Shown here piece after piece: positions 8,380 to 18,956 of a stretch of 64,000 nt of DNA. The translations under genes and the position numbers were made by a program. The stretch spans positions 77,682 through 141,681 of the forward strand of contig CAVOKW010000035.1 in assembly GCA_963696585.1 (NCBI GenBank). Direction: 5' to 3'. How positions within the stretch are numbered: position 1 is the first letter of the stretch; the number at the start of each line of letters is the position of its first letter. The DNA comes from an uncultured Alphaproteobacteria bacterium (GTDB taxonomy: Bacteria; Pseudomonadota; Alphaproteobacteria; Parvibaculales; Parvibaculaceae). The notes below the pieces were generated by a model that saw only the letters and a list, made by a program, of their open reading frames with translations, was not told the origin of the DNA and made no database searches.

Positions 8380-9183
8380 TCATGGCGAAAACGCGGGCGG
8401 GTAGTGACCGGCAGTTACAGTCAACATGCTCAGGGAACCCATGATGATGCCATCAACCGGAAAGGCGATGGCATCGTCATATCGCGTTGCGCCGAGCACA
8501 TAAAGCAATGGCAGATAGTGGTCGGGTGTTGGTGCGGAGAGCATGGCCGCTTCACCAAGCTGCTCGTAAGCGATCAATGGACCATGTTCGTGTTTGATGA
8601 TGCAGTTGCGCACGAAACTGTTGAAGCCTGAAGCCCAGTCGAAGGCGCTCGTCTCGCCCCGCCATTTCACAAGCGAAAGATTGTGCACGACATTGCCTGA
8701 TCCGATGATGAGTATGCCTTCATCGCGAAGCGGTGCCAGTCGCTTGCCGATCTCGTAGTGAAACGAAGCGGGCTTGGTGGCATCAATGCTGAGCTGAATG
8801 ACGGGTATGTCGGCAGCGGGAAAAGCGTGCAGCAGCACGGACCATGTGCCGTGATCGAGACCCCAGCTTTGATCGAGCACGACATCAAGCGGCTTGAGCA
8901 AATCGGCGACGCGCCTGGCAAGGGCCGGATCACCCGGTGCCGGATATTGCACATCGAAGAGTGCTTGTGGAAAGCGGCCAAAATCATGGATGGTGCGCGG
9001 CTGCGCCATCGCGGTGACGCCAGTGCCTTGCGTGTACCAATGCGCAGAGATGCAGAGAATGGCTTTGGGGCGGGGCAGGCTGGCGCCCAATGCAGCCCAG
9101 TGATCCGCATAGGGATTGGGCTCAATGGCATACATGGGACTGCCATGGCCGAAGAAAACGACAGGTTGTCGTGCTTCGGCCAT
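8380..9183 (-). CDS. ygiD: 4,5-DOPA extradiol dioxygenase (LigB/YgiD family)
   Basis: FFGHGSPM, ISAHW, WGLDHGTW, GSGNVVHNL, PTPDHYLPL. Confidence 0.92.
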   Translation of the reverse strand: MAEARQPVVFFGHGSPMYAIEPNPYADHWAALGASLPRPKAILCISAHWYTQGTGVTAMAQPRTIHDFGRFPQALFDVQYPAPGDPALARRVADLLKPLDVVLDQSWGLDHGTWSVLLHAFPAADIPVIQLSIDATKPASFHYEIGKRLAPLRDEGILIIGSGNVVHNLSLVKWRGETSAFDWASGFNSFVRNCIIKHEHGPLIAYEQLGEAAMLSAPTPDHYLPLLYVLGATRYDDAIAFPVDGIIMGSLSMLTVTAGHYPPAFSP

Positions 9184-9195
9184 GGTCAGGGATCC

Positions 9196-9537
9196 TTATT
9201 CGGCGGCTTGCGCGGTGATGCCTTTGGCGGCGAGATAGTCACGCAGTTCACCCTGCTCGAACATTTCGCGCACGATGTCACAACCGCCAACAAACTCACC
9301 CTTCACATAAAGCTGGGGAATGGTCGGCCAATCGGAATATTCCTTGATGCCCTGACGGATGGCGTCGTCTTCCAGCACATTGATGCCTTTGAAGGGGACG
9401 TTGAGATAGGTCAGCACCTGCACGACCGCATTGGAAAAGCCGCATTGCGGGAAAACCGGCGTGCCCTTCATAAACACAACAATGTCGTTACCCTCGACTT
9501 CAGCGCGGATGCGGTCGAATACGGGATTGTCGCTCAT
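9196..9537 (-). CDS. grxD: Monothiol glutaredoxin Grx4, copy 2
   Basis: Same protein as copy 1 except the C-terminal ~12 residues. Confidence 0.97.
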   Translation of the reverse strand: MSDNPVFDRIRAEVEGNDIVVFMKGTPVFPQCGFSNAVVQVLTYLNVPFKGINVLEDDAIRQGIKEYSDWPTIPQLYVKGEFVGGCDIVREMFEQGELRDYLAAKGITAQAAE

Positions 9538-9980
9538 GTTCAAAGTCCTCTGATTCTTTCTGGCCGCTGGCTCATTCGGGGGCGGAGGTCTGGAGTGCCA
9601 GAGCGTGCAGCTCGGTCCCCATGCCGCCCTTGAGCGCGTTGTAAACCATCTGGTGCTGCTGCACCCTTGTCATGCCCTTGAAGGAGGCGGAAACCACGTT
9701 GGCGGCGTAATGGTCGCCATCGCCCGCCAGATCGCGGATTTCGATCACGGCATCAGGAATGGCCTGCTGAATCAGTTTCTCAATGTCAGAAGCTGTCATC
9801 GCCATGCCGGGTTACTCCCCTTCACATCCAGTCGATCAAACTTCATGCGCCTGCGCCATATAGGCAGGCAGCCAACCCTCATGCGCCATGCGCAGCCTCT
9901 CCAATGATATGGGAGAGGCCTTGCCAAGTGTCAATTGCTCACCGCCGGTGAGGCCGAGGAAGCGGGCCGGAACGCCCGCC
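9233..9980. repeat. Direct repeat copy 2
   Basis: See 4058-4805. Confidence 0.95.
9572..9805 (-). CDS. bolA: BolA family protein, copy 2
   Basis: Identical to copy 1. Confidence 0.96.
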   Translation of the reverse strand: MAMTASDIEKLIQQAIPDAVIEIRDLAGDGDHYAANVVSASFKGMTRVQQHQMVYNALKGGMGTELHALALQTSAPE

Positions 9981-12052
9981 TGTCCGGCGCGGGCGAGGAA
10001 ATGGCCCAATTGCGCCTCAGGCAGCGTCACGAGATAGCGCGCCTGATCTTCGCCAAAGCCCCAGGCATGGGCGGGCAGGGCCTCGCTCACCCCGATTGTG
10101 GCGCCGATCCGACCGGCCATGGCCATTTCAGCCAGCGCGACAAAGAGACCGCCATCGGAAAGGTCATGCACGGCCGTGACATTGCCCACCCGGATTTCCT
10201 GGCGGATGAAGTCGCCATTGCGGCGCTCGGTGGCCAGATCAACCGGCGGCGGCGAACCTTCTTCGCGGCGGCCGAGAATGTCGCGCAGATAAATGCTTTG
10301 ACCGAGATGGCCCTTGGTCTCGCCAATCAGCATGATGGCTTCGCCTTCCGCCTTGAAGGCGATGGTGGCGCGTGCGGTAACATCGGGCAGCAGGCCAACG
10401 GCGCCAATCGCGGGTGTTGGCAGAATGCCCTTGCCATTGGTTTCGTTATAGAGCGAGACATTGCCCGAAACGACAGGAAAGTCGAGGGCGCGACAGGCTT
10501 CGCCGATGCCCTGAATGCAGCCGACAAACTGGCCCATGATTTCCGGCTTTTCGGGATTGCCGAAATTGAGATTGTCGGTGATGGCGAGTGGTTCGGCACC
10601 AACGGCCGTCAGGTTGCGCCAGCATTCGGCCACAGCCTGCTTGCCGCCTTCGACAGGATCGGCCTGGCAATAGCGCGGCGTCACGTCGAGCGTGAAGGCA
10701 AGCGCCTTGGGACCATTACCAATGCGGATAACAGCGGCGTCGCCACCGGGGCCAATGGCCGTGTTGCCCTGAATGAGATTGTCATATTGCTCCCAGACCC
10801 AGCGGCGCGAGCACATGTCAGGCAAGGCGAGCATTTCAACGAGTGTCGCAGCGATGTCTTCGGGCGCAGGCACATTGGCGATGGCGAGCGCCTGGGGTTT
10901 GGCGGTTGCGATCCAGGGGCGGTCATATTCCGGGGCCTGATCGCCGAGTTCCTTGATCGGCAAATCGGCCATGACTTCGCCATGGCGTTTGACGCGGAAG
11001 CGCAGATCATCGGTTGTGAAACCGATGACCGCAAAATCGAGACCCCATTTCGTGAAAATGGCTTCGGCATCTTTCTCGCGTGTCGGGTCAAGAACCATGA
11101 GCATGCGCTCCTGGCTTTCCGACAGCATCATCTCGTAAGCCGTCATGCCGTCTTCGCGGCAGGGTACTTTGTCGAGGTCGAGTTCAACGCCGAGGTCGCC
11201 CTTGGCGCCCATCTCAACGGCGGAGCAGGTGAGGCCCGCGGCGCCCATGTCCTGAATGGCGATGACGGCACCTGAGGCCATCAGCTCCAGACAGGCTTCG
11301 AGCAATAGCTTTTCGGAGAAGGGATCGCCGATCTGGACGGTCGGGCGTTTTTCTTCCGTGTCGTGATCAAATTCGGCCGAAGCCATGGTCGCGCCATGAA
11401 TACCGTCGCGGCCTGTCTTGGAGCCGAGATAGACGATGGGCAAGCCGACGCCCTTGGCCTGCGAATAGAAAATCTTGTCAGTGTCGGCAAGGCCCGCCGC
11501 AAAAGCGTTCACAAGGCAGTTGCCATTATAGCTCGGGTCAAAATTGACCTCGCCGCCCACGGTTGGCACGCCGAAGGAATTGCCATAGCCGCCGACGCCT
11601 GCCACCACGCCTGAAACGATGTGCCGGGTTCGCGGGTGGCCGGGTTCGCCAAAGCGCAAGGCATTCAAGGCGGCGATGGGACGCGCGCCCATGGTGAAAA
11701 CGTCGCGCAGAATGCCGCCAACGCCTGTCGCCGCGCCCTGATGCGGTTCGATATAGGAGGGGTGGTTGTGGCTTTCCATCTTGAAGATGATGGCCTGACC
11801 GTCACCAATATCGACAACACCGGCATTCTCGCCAGGGCCGCAAATGACGCGCTCGCCGGTTGTCGGCAGGGTGCGCAGCCATTTCTTGGATGACTTGTAA
11901 GAGCAATGCTCGTTCCACATGGCCGAGAAAATGCCCAACTCGGTAAGCGTTGGCTCGCGGCCAATCAGATCGAGAATGCGCTGATATTCGTCGGGCTTCA
12001 GACCATGCTCGGCAACGAGTTCAGGGGTAATGGTTACATCGTTGCGGATCAC
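9836..12052 (-). CDS. purL: Phosphoribosylformylglycinamidine synthase subunit PurL
   Basis: [45 protein letters not shown]. Confidence 0.99.
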   Translation of the reverse strand: MIRNDVTITPELVAEHGLKPDEYQRILDLIGREPTLTELGIFSAMWNEHCSYKSSKKWLRTLPTTGERVICGPGENAGVVDIGDGQAIIFKMESHNHPSYIEPHQGAATGVGGILRDVFTMGARPIAALNALRFGEPGHPRTRHIVSGVVAGVGGYGNSFGVPTVGGEVNFDPSYNGNCLVNAFAAGLADTDKIFYSQAKGVGLPIVYLGSKTGRDGIHGATMASAEFDHDTEEKRPTVQIGDPFSEKLLLEACLELMASGAVIAIQDMGAAGLTCSAVEMGAKGDLGVELDLDKVPCREDGMTAYEMMLSESQERMLMVLDPTREKDAEAIFTKWGLDFAVIGFTTDDLRFRVKRHGEVMADLPIKELGDQAPEYDRPWIATAKPQALAIANVPAPEDIAATLVEMLALPDMCSRRWVWEQYDNLIQGNTAIGPGGDAAVIRIGNGPKALAFTLDVTPRYCQADPVEGGKQAVAECWRNLTAVGAEPLAITDNLNFGNPEKPEIMGQFVGCIQGIGEACRALDFPVVSGNVSLYNETNGKGILPTPAIGAVGLLPDVTARATIAFKAEGEAIMLIGETKGHLGQSIYLRDILGRREEGSPPPVDLATERRNGDFIRQEIRVGNVTAVHDLSDGGLFVALAEMAMAGRIGATIGVSEALPAHAWGFGEDQARYLVTLPEAQLGHFLARAGQAGVPARFLGLTGGEQLTLGKASPISLERLRMAHEGWLPAYMAQAHEV

Positions 12053-12717
12053 GCCACGGCCTCCAGCACGCTTTCAAACAGCGCGCGACCATCGGTGGTG
12101 CCGTTGAGCGGTTCGATCATGTTTTCAGGATGCGGCATCATGCCAAAGACATTGCCATGCGTATTGATGATGCCCGCGATGTCGTTGAGCGAGCCATTGG
12201 GGTTGTGGCCCGGCGCGTAGCGCAGCGCGACCTGGCCTTCGCCTTCGAGGCGGGCGAGATCTTCGGGGCTGGCAAAATAATTGCCATCGCCATGCGCGAC
12301 AGGGCAGCGCCAAATCTGACCTTCCTGATATTTCGAGGTGAAGGCGGTTTTGGCATTCGCGACTTCCAGCAAGACTTCGCGGCAGACAAACTTGAGCTGC
12401 GCATTGCGCATCAAGACGCCGGGCAGGAGACCTGCCTCGCACAGGATCTGGAAACCGTTGCAGACGCCGAGCACACGCGTCCCCGCCTTCGCCTTGCGGG
12501 CGACATCGGCCATGATGTTGGCGCGGGCGGCAATCGCGCCGGTGCGCAGATAGTCGCCATAGGAAAAGCCGCCAGGCAGAACGACGAGGTCCACATCGGG
12601 AAGCGTGGTTTCGGTATGCCAGACAGCGATGGGCTTGACGCCGGTGATGTGCGCCAGCGCGTAGAGCATGTCACGCTCGCGATTGGAGCCGGGGAAAACG
12701 ACGACGGCAGACTTCAT
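12049..12717 (-). CDS. purQ: FGAM synthase glutaminase subunit PurQ
   Basis: [31 protein letters not shown]. Confidence 0.99.
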   Translation of the reverse strand: MKSAVVVFPGSNRERDMLYALAHITGVKPIAVWHTETTLPDVDLVVLPGGFSYGDYLRTGAIAARANIMADVARKAKAGTRVLGVCNGFQILCEAGLLPGVLMRNAQLKFVCREVLLEVANAKTAFTSKYQEGQIWRCPVAHGDGNYFASPEDLARLEGEGQVALRYAPGHNPNGSLNDIAGIINTHGNVFGMMPHPENMIEPLNGTTDGRALFESVLEAVA

Positions 12718-12719
12718 GC

Positions 12720-12965
12720 TTACTTCTCGTCCAGCTCGATGGCGTAGTTTTCAATGACGGTGTTGGCGAGCAGCTTGCGGCACATCTCGTCGATGGCGGC
12801 ATGTGCCTTGGCACGGTCCTGCTCAAGCAATTCGACTTCGATATATTTGCCCTGACGGACGCTATCGACACCGGAAAAACCAAGCGCGCCGAGCGCACCT
12901 TCAATCGCCTTGCCCTGTGGGTCGAGAACACCATTCTTCAGGGTGACTTTAATGCGGGCCTTCAT
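12720..12965 (-). CDS. purS: FGAM synthase subunit PurS
   Basis: [13 protein letters not shown]...[10 protein letters not shown]. Confidence 0.98.
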   Translation of the reverse strand: MKARIKVTLKNGVLDPQGKAIEGALGALGFSGVDSVRQGKYIEVELLEQDRAKAHAAIDEMCRKLLANTVIENYAIELDEK

Positions 12966-12991
12966 GTGTCGCGTCTAACCTCTTGTCATCT

Positions 12992-13076
12992 GTCATTGCC
13001 GGGCTTGACCCGGCAATCCAGGGTCGCAAGCTCGGCATTTATAGCTCTGGATGCCCGGATCAAGTCCGGGCATGAC
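12992..13076. repeat. REP-like doublet (29-nt arm, 27-nt spacer, 29-nt arm)
   Basis: GTCATTGCCGGGCTTGACCCGGCAATCCA ... TGGATGCCCGGATCAAGTCCGGGCATGAC; arms identical to reverse complement of 27487-27571. Confidence 0.9.
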
Positions 13077-13091
13077 GATCTTACAGGATCA

Positions 13092-13853
13092 TCATTTCAC
13101 CAGCGTCGGGCCACGACGCTTGGGTTCGTTCTCAAACAGGATGCCGAGTCGGCGGGCGACTTCCTGATAGGCCTCGATCAGGCCCCCCATATCGCGCCGG
13201 AAGCGGTCTTTGTCCAGCTTGTCATTGGTGCGGATGTCCCAAAGACGGCAACTATCCGGGCTGATTTCGTCCGCCAGAATGACGCGCACCATGTCGCCCT
13301 CATAAAGGCGGCCAAACTCGACCTTGAAATCCACAAGGCGGATGCCGATGCCGAGAAACAGCCCTGTCAGAAAGTCGTTGATACGCAGGCCAAGCGCCAT
13401 CATGTCGTCGATTTCCTGCGGCGTGGCCCAGCCGAATGCCGTGATGTGTTCCTCGGAGACCATGGGATCGTTGAGTTCATCGGACTTGTAATAGAACTCG
13501 ATGATCGAGCGGGGCAGGATCGTGCCTTCCTCGATACCGAGGCGGGTCGAAAGCGATCCGGCCGCGACATTGCGAACCACCACCTCGCAAGGGATGATTT
13601 CAACCTCGCGAATGAGTTGTTCGCGCATATTGATGGCGCGGATGAAGTGGGTCGGTACGCCGATCTCGTTCAGCCGCGAGAAGATGAACTCGGAAATGCG
13701 ATTATTGAGGACGCCCTTGCCTTCGATGGTGGCATGTTTCTGGTTGTTCAGGGCGGTGGTGTCGTCCTTGAAGTGCTGAATCAGCGTGCCCGGCTCCGGG
13801 CCTTCATAGAGAACCTTGGCTTTGCCTTCAAACACGCGTCTGCGCCGGCTCAT
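13092..13853 (-). CDS. purC: SAICAR synthetase
   Basis: [41 protein letters not shown]. Confidence 0.99.
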   Translation of the reverse strand: MSRRRRVFEGKAKVLYEGPEPGTLIQHFKDDTTALNNQKHATIEGKGVLNNRISEFIFSRLNEIGVPTHFIRAINMREQLIREVEIIPCEVVVRNVAAGSLSTRLGIEEGTILPRSIIEFYYKSDELNDPMVSEEHITAFGWATPQEIDDMMALGLRINDFLTGLFLGIGIRLVDFKVEFGRLYEGDMVRVILADEISPDSCRLWDIRTNDKLDKDRFRRDMGGLIEAYQEVARRLGILFENEPKRRGPTLVK

Positions 13854-14223
13854 GTCCTGATTCCAATCGGTTAGCCCGAGACATTGCTGCGCGATCCGAG
13901 GTCTGCGCCGGGCATAGGGAGAGCGGGGCAAGCGGTCTGGAATCGCTGCACCTGTGGGCGCAAGTTACCCCATGGCCCATGGCGATACAATGAAGCTCTT
14001 GGCAAGCTCTCGGTCAGCGTTTGATCGTGCTCAAGGGGTAAGAAAAAACGACATATTTCAGTGACTTATCAAAATTGCCGCGGAATGCGCCAGAAGCGGG
14101 CTTCGAGGTTGATTTGAGCGGTGCGGGCGGCTATGCCTAAGGCGCAATCAGAAGCGACTTTTGGCTGGTTGTGAGGCCGGTCTGGCCGGTCTGCCTTTTT
14201 CGACCCGTGAGCGAGCATAACCC

Positions 14224-14547
14224 ATGTCCACATTCGACAAGCGTGAAGACAGTTTCGAAAAGAAGTTCGTCCATGATGCCGAACTCAAGTTCAAGGCCAT
14301 GGCGCGCCGGAACAAGCTGCTCGGGCTCTGGGCTGCCGAATTGATGGGCCTGACGGGCGACGCCGCCACCGCTTTTGCCGGTGAAGTTGTCTCGGCTGAT
14401 ATGGCCGAACCCGGTGAAGAAGACGTTTACCGCAAGATTCGCTCCAGCTTCGATGCCAAGGGGGTCGCGCAGTCCGAGCATCAGATCCGCCGCACCATGG
14501 CTGACCTGCTGGACGAGGCGATCAGGCAGATTCAGAACGAAGGCTGA
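14224..14547 (+). CDS. DUF1476 family protein
   Basis: FDKREDSFEKKFVHD...ARRNKLLGLWAA. Confidence 0.9.
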   Translation: MSTFDKREDSFEKKFVHDAELKFKAMARRNKLLGLWAAELMGLTGDAATAFAGEVVSADMAEPGEEDVYRKIRSSFDAKGVAQSEHQIRRTMADLLDEAIRQIQNEG

Positions 14548-14588
14548 GCGAAGCCATTTTTGGACGCTTACCCCGGAAGAGACTAGTC

Positions 14589-16568
14589 TTGGATGGTACG
14601 AGTCGGGGGACGCCGTTGCCGCACCATCATCGCATATCGATTCGCCGCCAGATAAGCAGACTGACGGGCCTGGTCCTGATTTTGGCTGGCAGTCTGTCCG
14701 GCGCTGCCATGGCGCAAGCCGGCGACTGGCAGCATTATGGCGGCGATGCGGGCGGTACGCGCTATGTCGATGCCCGCGCCATTACGCCTGAAAATGTCAC
14801 TGACCTGGAAGAGGCGTGGTCCTTTTCCACAGGTGCGCTTGATGACAAGAGCGATGAGGTGCGCAGCCGCACGGCCTTTGAGGCGACGCCCATTCTTGTT
14901 GAAGACAGCCTGATCTTCTGCACGCCCTTCAATGAAGTGATCGCGCTTGATCCCGGTACAGGCGAAGCGCGCTGGCGGTTTGATCCGGCGGTCGCAAGTG
15001 ATCGGCGGCCCGGCAATCAATATACCTGCCGGGGCGTGGCTTACTGGCGCGATCCGGCTGCCGCTGATCTGGAGGCCTGCGCCAGCCGCATTTTCATGGG
15101 CACGGTGGATGGCCGTCTCATTGCCCTTGATGCCGGCACCGGCAAGCCCTGCGAGGACTTTGGCAGCAATCCCATTCGTCCGGGCGAAGTCATGGCGGGT
15201 GCCGACAGATTGCTTGTCTGGCCGGGCGAGTATCAGATGACCTCGCCGCCCGTCGTGACCCAGGGGCTTGTGATCGTCGGTTCCTCGGTGAGTGATAATG
15301 TCCGCGCGGCCGCTCCTTCGGGCCGCGTGCGTGCCTATGATGCGCGAACAGGCGAATTGCGCTGGAGCTTCGATCCGATCATCTCAAGCGATGAGGAAAG
15401 CGACGCGGCGACAGGGGCGGCAAATGTGTGGGCGCCCCTGTCGCTTGATGAAGCGCGCGGGCTGATTTTCCTGCCCACTTCCAGCCCAAGCCCGGATTTT
15501 TACGGTGGCCTGCGCCCCGGTGATAATCGCAACGCCAATTCCGTTGTGGCGCTGGACGCGGCGACGGGACAGCTGCGTTGGGCGTTTCAAACGGTGCATC
15601 ACGATGTCTGGGATTATGATTTGCCCGCTCAACCAACGCTGGCGACAATCACGCATGACGGCAAGCCGCGCGATGTCGTGATTCAGGTGACAAAAACCGG
15701 TTTCATGTTCGTGCTTGATCGCGACACGGGCGAGCCGGTGTTCCCGGTCGAGGAGCGCCCTGTGCCGCAGGGCGGGGCGCCGGGCGAGATGCTTTCCCAA
15801 ACGCAGCCTTTCCCCGTGAAGCCGCCACCCCTGATCCGTCAGACAGTGGGGCCGGATGAAAGCTGGGGCGTGGCATGGCTCGACAAGCGGTCATGCAGCC
15901 ATCGACTGCGAGCGCTGCGTAATGACGGGCTGTTCACGCCGCCAAGCCTTGAAGGCTCGATCCTCTCGCCGTTTTCGGGCGGCGGCGCCAATTGGGGCGG
16001 TATTGCCTTTGATCCGCAGCGCCAGCTTGCCATCGTCAATGAAAGCCAGATGGCCAACATCATCACGCTGATCAAGCGCGAGGGTTATGAAGGCGAGAAA
16101 GAGGCGAGCGAGAAAGGCCAGGTGGCCGCGCAGGCTGGCACCCCCTTTGCCGTCAAACGCGAACTCTTTGTCTCGATGTTTGGATTGCCCTGCACGCCAC
16201 CGCCATGGGGCAAGCTGATTGCGGTCGATCTGAAATCGGGCGACATCAAGTGGTCCAAGACCTTTGGCACGGTGCGCGATCTGGCGCCGGTGCCGCTCAA
16301 GGTCAAATGGGGGACGCCGAATATTGGCGGGCCCGTTGCCACAGCCAGCGGTCTGATTTTCATCGGCGCGGCGATGGATAATTATCTGCGCGCCTATAGC
16401 ACCGAGACCGGTGACGAGTTGTGGCGCGCCCGCTTGCCGGCTGGCGGTCAAGCCACGCCCATGTCCTATATGTGGAAGGGACGGCAATATGTGGTCATTG
16501 CCGCCGGTGGCCATGGCACGGCGGGCACCGATCTTGGCGATAGTCTGATTGCCTTCGCCCTGCCGTAA
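14589..16568 (+). CDS. PQQ-dependent dehydrogenase (glucose/quinate family), signal-peptide form
   Basis: DWQHYGG, CRGVAYW, WAFQTVHHDVWDYD, GGQATPMSY; start uncertain. Confidence 0.9.
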   Translation: MDGTSRGTPLPHHHRISIRRQISRLTGLVLILAGSLSGAAMAQAGDWQHYGGDAGGTRYVDARAITPENVTDLEEAWSFSTGALDDKSDEVRSRTAFEATPILVEDSLIFCTPFNEVIALDPGTGEARWRFDPAVASDRRPGNQYTCRGVAYWRDPAAADLEACASRIFMGTVDGRLIALDAGTGKPCEDFGSNPIRPGEVMAGADRLLVWPGEYQMTSPPVVTQGLVIVGSSVSDNVRAAAPSGRVRAYDARTGELRWSFDPIISSDEESDAATGAANVWAPLSLDEARGLIFLPTSSPSPDFYGGLRPGDNRNANSVVALDAATGQLRWAFQTVHHDVWDYDLPAQPTLATITHDGKPRDVVIQVTKTGFMFVLDRDTGEPVFPVEERPVPQGGAPGEMLSQTQPFPVKPPPLIRQTVGPDESWGVAWLDKRSCSHRLRALRNDGLFTPPSLEGSILSPFSGGGANWGGIAFDPQRQLAIVNESQMANIITLIKREGYEGEKEASEKGQVAAQAGTPFAVKRELFVSMFGLPCTPPPWGKLIAVDLKSGDIKWSKTFGTVRDLAPVPLKVKWGTPNIGGPVATASGLIFIGAAMDNYLRAYSTETGDELWRARLPAGGQATPMSYMWKGRQYVVIAAGGHGTAGTDLGDSLIAFALP

Positions 16569-16580
16569 GGCGCTCAAGTT

Positions 16581-17306
16581 TCACGCGAGCGTTTTTTGCC
16601 TGAGGCGCGCGGCTATCTGCTCAAGGGATAGCAAATGATTGCCTTCTTTCACGACATCATAAACCGTGACGTTCATGGCGCGCACTGTCTTGCGCACGAT
16701 CTCGCGTGAGCCGGGCGCCTCGTCAAAGTCGATGACATTGACGCAGCAGGTGTTCTGGTCAATGGCATTGAAGGCTTGCAGCCCAACGCCAAAAGCCCAG
16801 CCCAGAACGAGACGGTTGATGCCGCCATGGGCGACGAGACAGAGCGTTTCCCAGTCAGGTTCGGCAATCAGATTTTCCAATGCGGACAGGACGCGTGCGT
16901 TGATCTCTTCAAAGCTGTCGCCGCCGACATAGCGCGTGCCGGGCACAGCGGCATCCTTGAAGGCATAGGCGATCTGCGAGAGGTCGGTGATCGAGGCGCG
17001 CATGTCATTGCTGCCCTGAAACTCGACAAAGGCGTCGTTCTGTTCAATGGCGATGTCGCGGCCTTGCAGGATGAACTGAGCGGTTTCAACCGAGCGTGGG
17101 AAGCTCGACACGACGGCGCGGTCGAAAGGCGTATTGGCGAGCGCCTGACCTGTGCGCGTTGCCTGCTCGCGGCCCCAGGGGGTCAAGGGAACAATGGTTG
17201 AATCCGCAACACGATTTCCCTGATCGTCGACATAACTGACATCGCCATGACGGAAGAGATAGATGCGACGACGACGTGCGCCGTCAAATGCTATGCGAAG
17301 GGGCAT
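16581..17306 (-). CDS. Histidine phosphatase (phosphoglycerate mutase) family protein
   Basis: YLFRHG motif, SSFPRSVETA, LVAHGGINR. Confidence 0.9.
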   Translation of the reverse strand: MPLRIAFDGARRRRIYLFRHGDVSYVDDQGNRVADSTIVPLTPWGREQATRTGQALANTPFDRAVVSSFPRSVETAQFILQGRDIAIEQNDAFVEFQGSNDMRASITDLSQIAYAFKDAAVPGTRYVGGDSFEEINARVLSALENLIAEPDWETLCLVAHGGINRLVLGWAFGVGLQAFNAIDQNTCCVNVIDFDEAPGSREIVRKTVRAMNVTVYDVVKEGNHLLSLEQIAARLRQKTLA

Positions 17307-17383
17307 GTGTCTCGTCCCGGTTTGAATTGCTTTGCCGGAAGTATAAGGCGGATTGTGACGCAACGTGAAGCATCACGCCGACT

Positions 17384-17534
17384 GTCATGCCCGGATTTAT
17401 GCCGGGGTCCGGAGGGAAGAAGAATGGATCGCGGCACAAGGCCGGGATGACCGCTCAGGGCGTGTCCTCGCGCGGCGCGCAGCGTCGTGGCAATCCAGTC
17501 CCTGTATCGATTGCTTTGCTTCGCTCGCAATGAC
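17384..17534. repeat. Two REP-like doublets
   Basis: GTCATGCCCGG...GCCGGGATGAC and ...GGCAATCCA...GATTGCTTTGCTTCGCTCGCAATGAC. Confidence 0.75.
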
Positions 17535-17548
17535 GAAAGAGGTCATCT

Positions 17549-18850
17549 TTAACCGAAAACGCGACGGAAAATCGTATCGACATGCTTGGTGTGGTAGCCA
17601 AGGTCAAACAGCTCTTCGAGTTCCTTGTCGCTGAGCCTGGCGGAAACTTCCTTGTCGGCCTTGAGCAATTCCAGAAAATTGCCTTCGCCACGCCAGACGG
17701 GCATGGCATTACGCTGGACCAGACGATAACTGTCCTCGCGGCTGACGCCTTTTTGCGTCAAGGCCAGCAGCACACGCTGCGAATGCACCAATCCGCCGAG
17801 CCTGTCGAGATTCTTGCGCATGTTTTCAGGATAGATCATCAGCTTGTCGATGACGCCGGCGAGCCGCATCAGCGCGAAGTCGAGCGTGACTGTGGCGTCA
17901 GGCCCGATCATGCGTTCAACGGAGGAATGCGAAATATCGCGCTCATGCCAGAGCGCCACATTTTCCATGGCCGGGATCGACATGCCACGCACGAGGCGGG
18001 CGAGACCCGTCAGGTTTTCGGTCAGCACCGGGTTGCGCTTATGCGGCATGGCGGAAGAACCCTTTTGACCCTCGGAGAAAAACTCCTCGGCTTCGAGAAC
18101 TTCCGTACGCTGAAGATGGCGGATTTCAGTGGCGAGACGCTCGACGCAGCTCGCTATGACGCCGAGCGTGGCAAAATACATGGCGTGACGGTCGCGCGGG
18201 ATGACCTGCGTGGAGACGGGTTCAATCGCAAGGCCGAGCGCCTTGGCAACATGTTCTTCAACGCGCGGGTCGATATTGGCGAAGGTGCCGACGGCGCCGG
18301 ATATGGCGCAGGTGGCAATTTCGGCCCGCGCCGCAACGAGGCGGTCGCGGCAGCGCGAAAACTCGGCATAGGCGAGCGCCAGCTTGACGCCGAAGGTGGT
18401 CGGTTCGGCATGGATGCCGTGGCTGCGGCCAATGGTAAGCGTGTCCTTGTGCTCAAAGGCGCGGCGCTTCAAGGCGGCCAGCAATATATCCATGTCCGCG
18501 AGCAGCAGGTCAGAGGCGCGGGCAAGCTGCACGCTGAGGCAGGTGTCGAGCACGTCGGAGGAGGTCATGCCCTGATGCACGAAGCGACTATCCTCGCCAA
18601 CAAATTCCGAGAGATGCGTCAGGAAAGCAATGACGTCATGCTTCACTTCGCGCTCGATTTCGTCAATGCGTTCGACATTGAAGACAGCCTTGCCGCCCTT
18701 GTCCCAGATGTTTTTGGCGGCCTCCTTCGGGATCACGCCGAGTTCGGCCAGCGCGTCGCAGGCATGAGCTTCGATCTCGAACCAGATGCGGAACCTGGTT
18801 TCCGGCGACCAGATGGCGACCATTTCGGGACGGGAATAACGCGGGATCAT
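17549..18850 (-). CDS. purB: Adenylosuccinate lyase
   Basis: MIPRYSRPEM, GRSHGIHAEPTTFG, GSSAMPHKRNPVLTEN. Confidence 0.99.
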   Translation of the reverse strand: MIPRYSRPEMVAIWSPETRFRIWFEIEAHACDALAELGVIPKEAAKNIWDKGGKAVFNVERIDEIEREVKHDVIAFLTHLSEFVGEDSRFVHQGMTSSDVLDTCLSVQLARASDLLLADMDILLAALKRRAFEHKDTLTIGRSHGIHAEPTTFGVKLALAYAEFSRCRDRLVAARAEIATCAISGAVGTFANIDPRVEEHVAKALGLAIEPVSTQVIPRDRHAMYFATLGVIASCVERLATEIRHLQRTEVLEAEEFFSEGQKGSSAMPHKRNPVLTENLTGLARLVRGMSIPAMENVALWHERDISHSSVERMIGPDATVTLDFALMRLAGVIDKLMIYPENMRKNLDRLGGLVHSQRVLLALTQKGVSREDSYRLVQRNAMPVWRGEGNFLELLKADKEVSARLSDKELEELFDLGYHTKHVDTIFRRVFG

Positions 18851-18956
18851 GCAGGGCGCCTCAAGCGTTCGGGGGAGAAGTCGCGGGTTTAGCAGATAGG
18901 GGGGGATTGCTCAACCGGGCCGTCAAAAGCGCTGTACAGGGCAGAAACGCCCGGAA

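Noticed and set aside
9935-11275. Long antisense ORFs (also 1667-2833, 17582-18892, 52158-53546, 59379-60518)
   Set aside because: Shadow frames of real genes, expected in high-GC DNA
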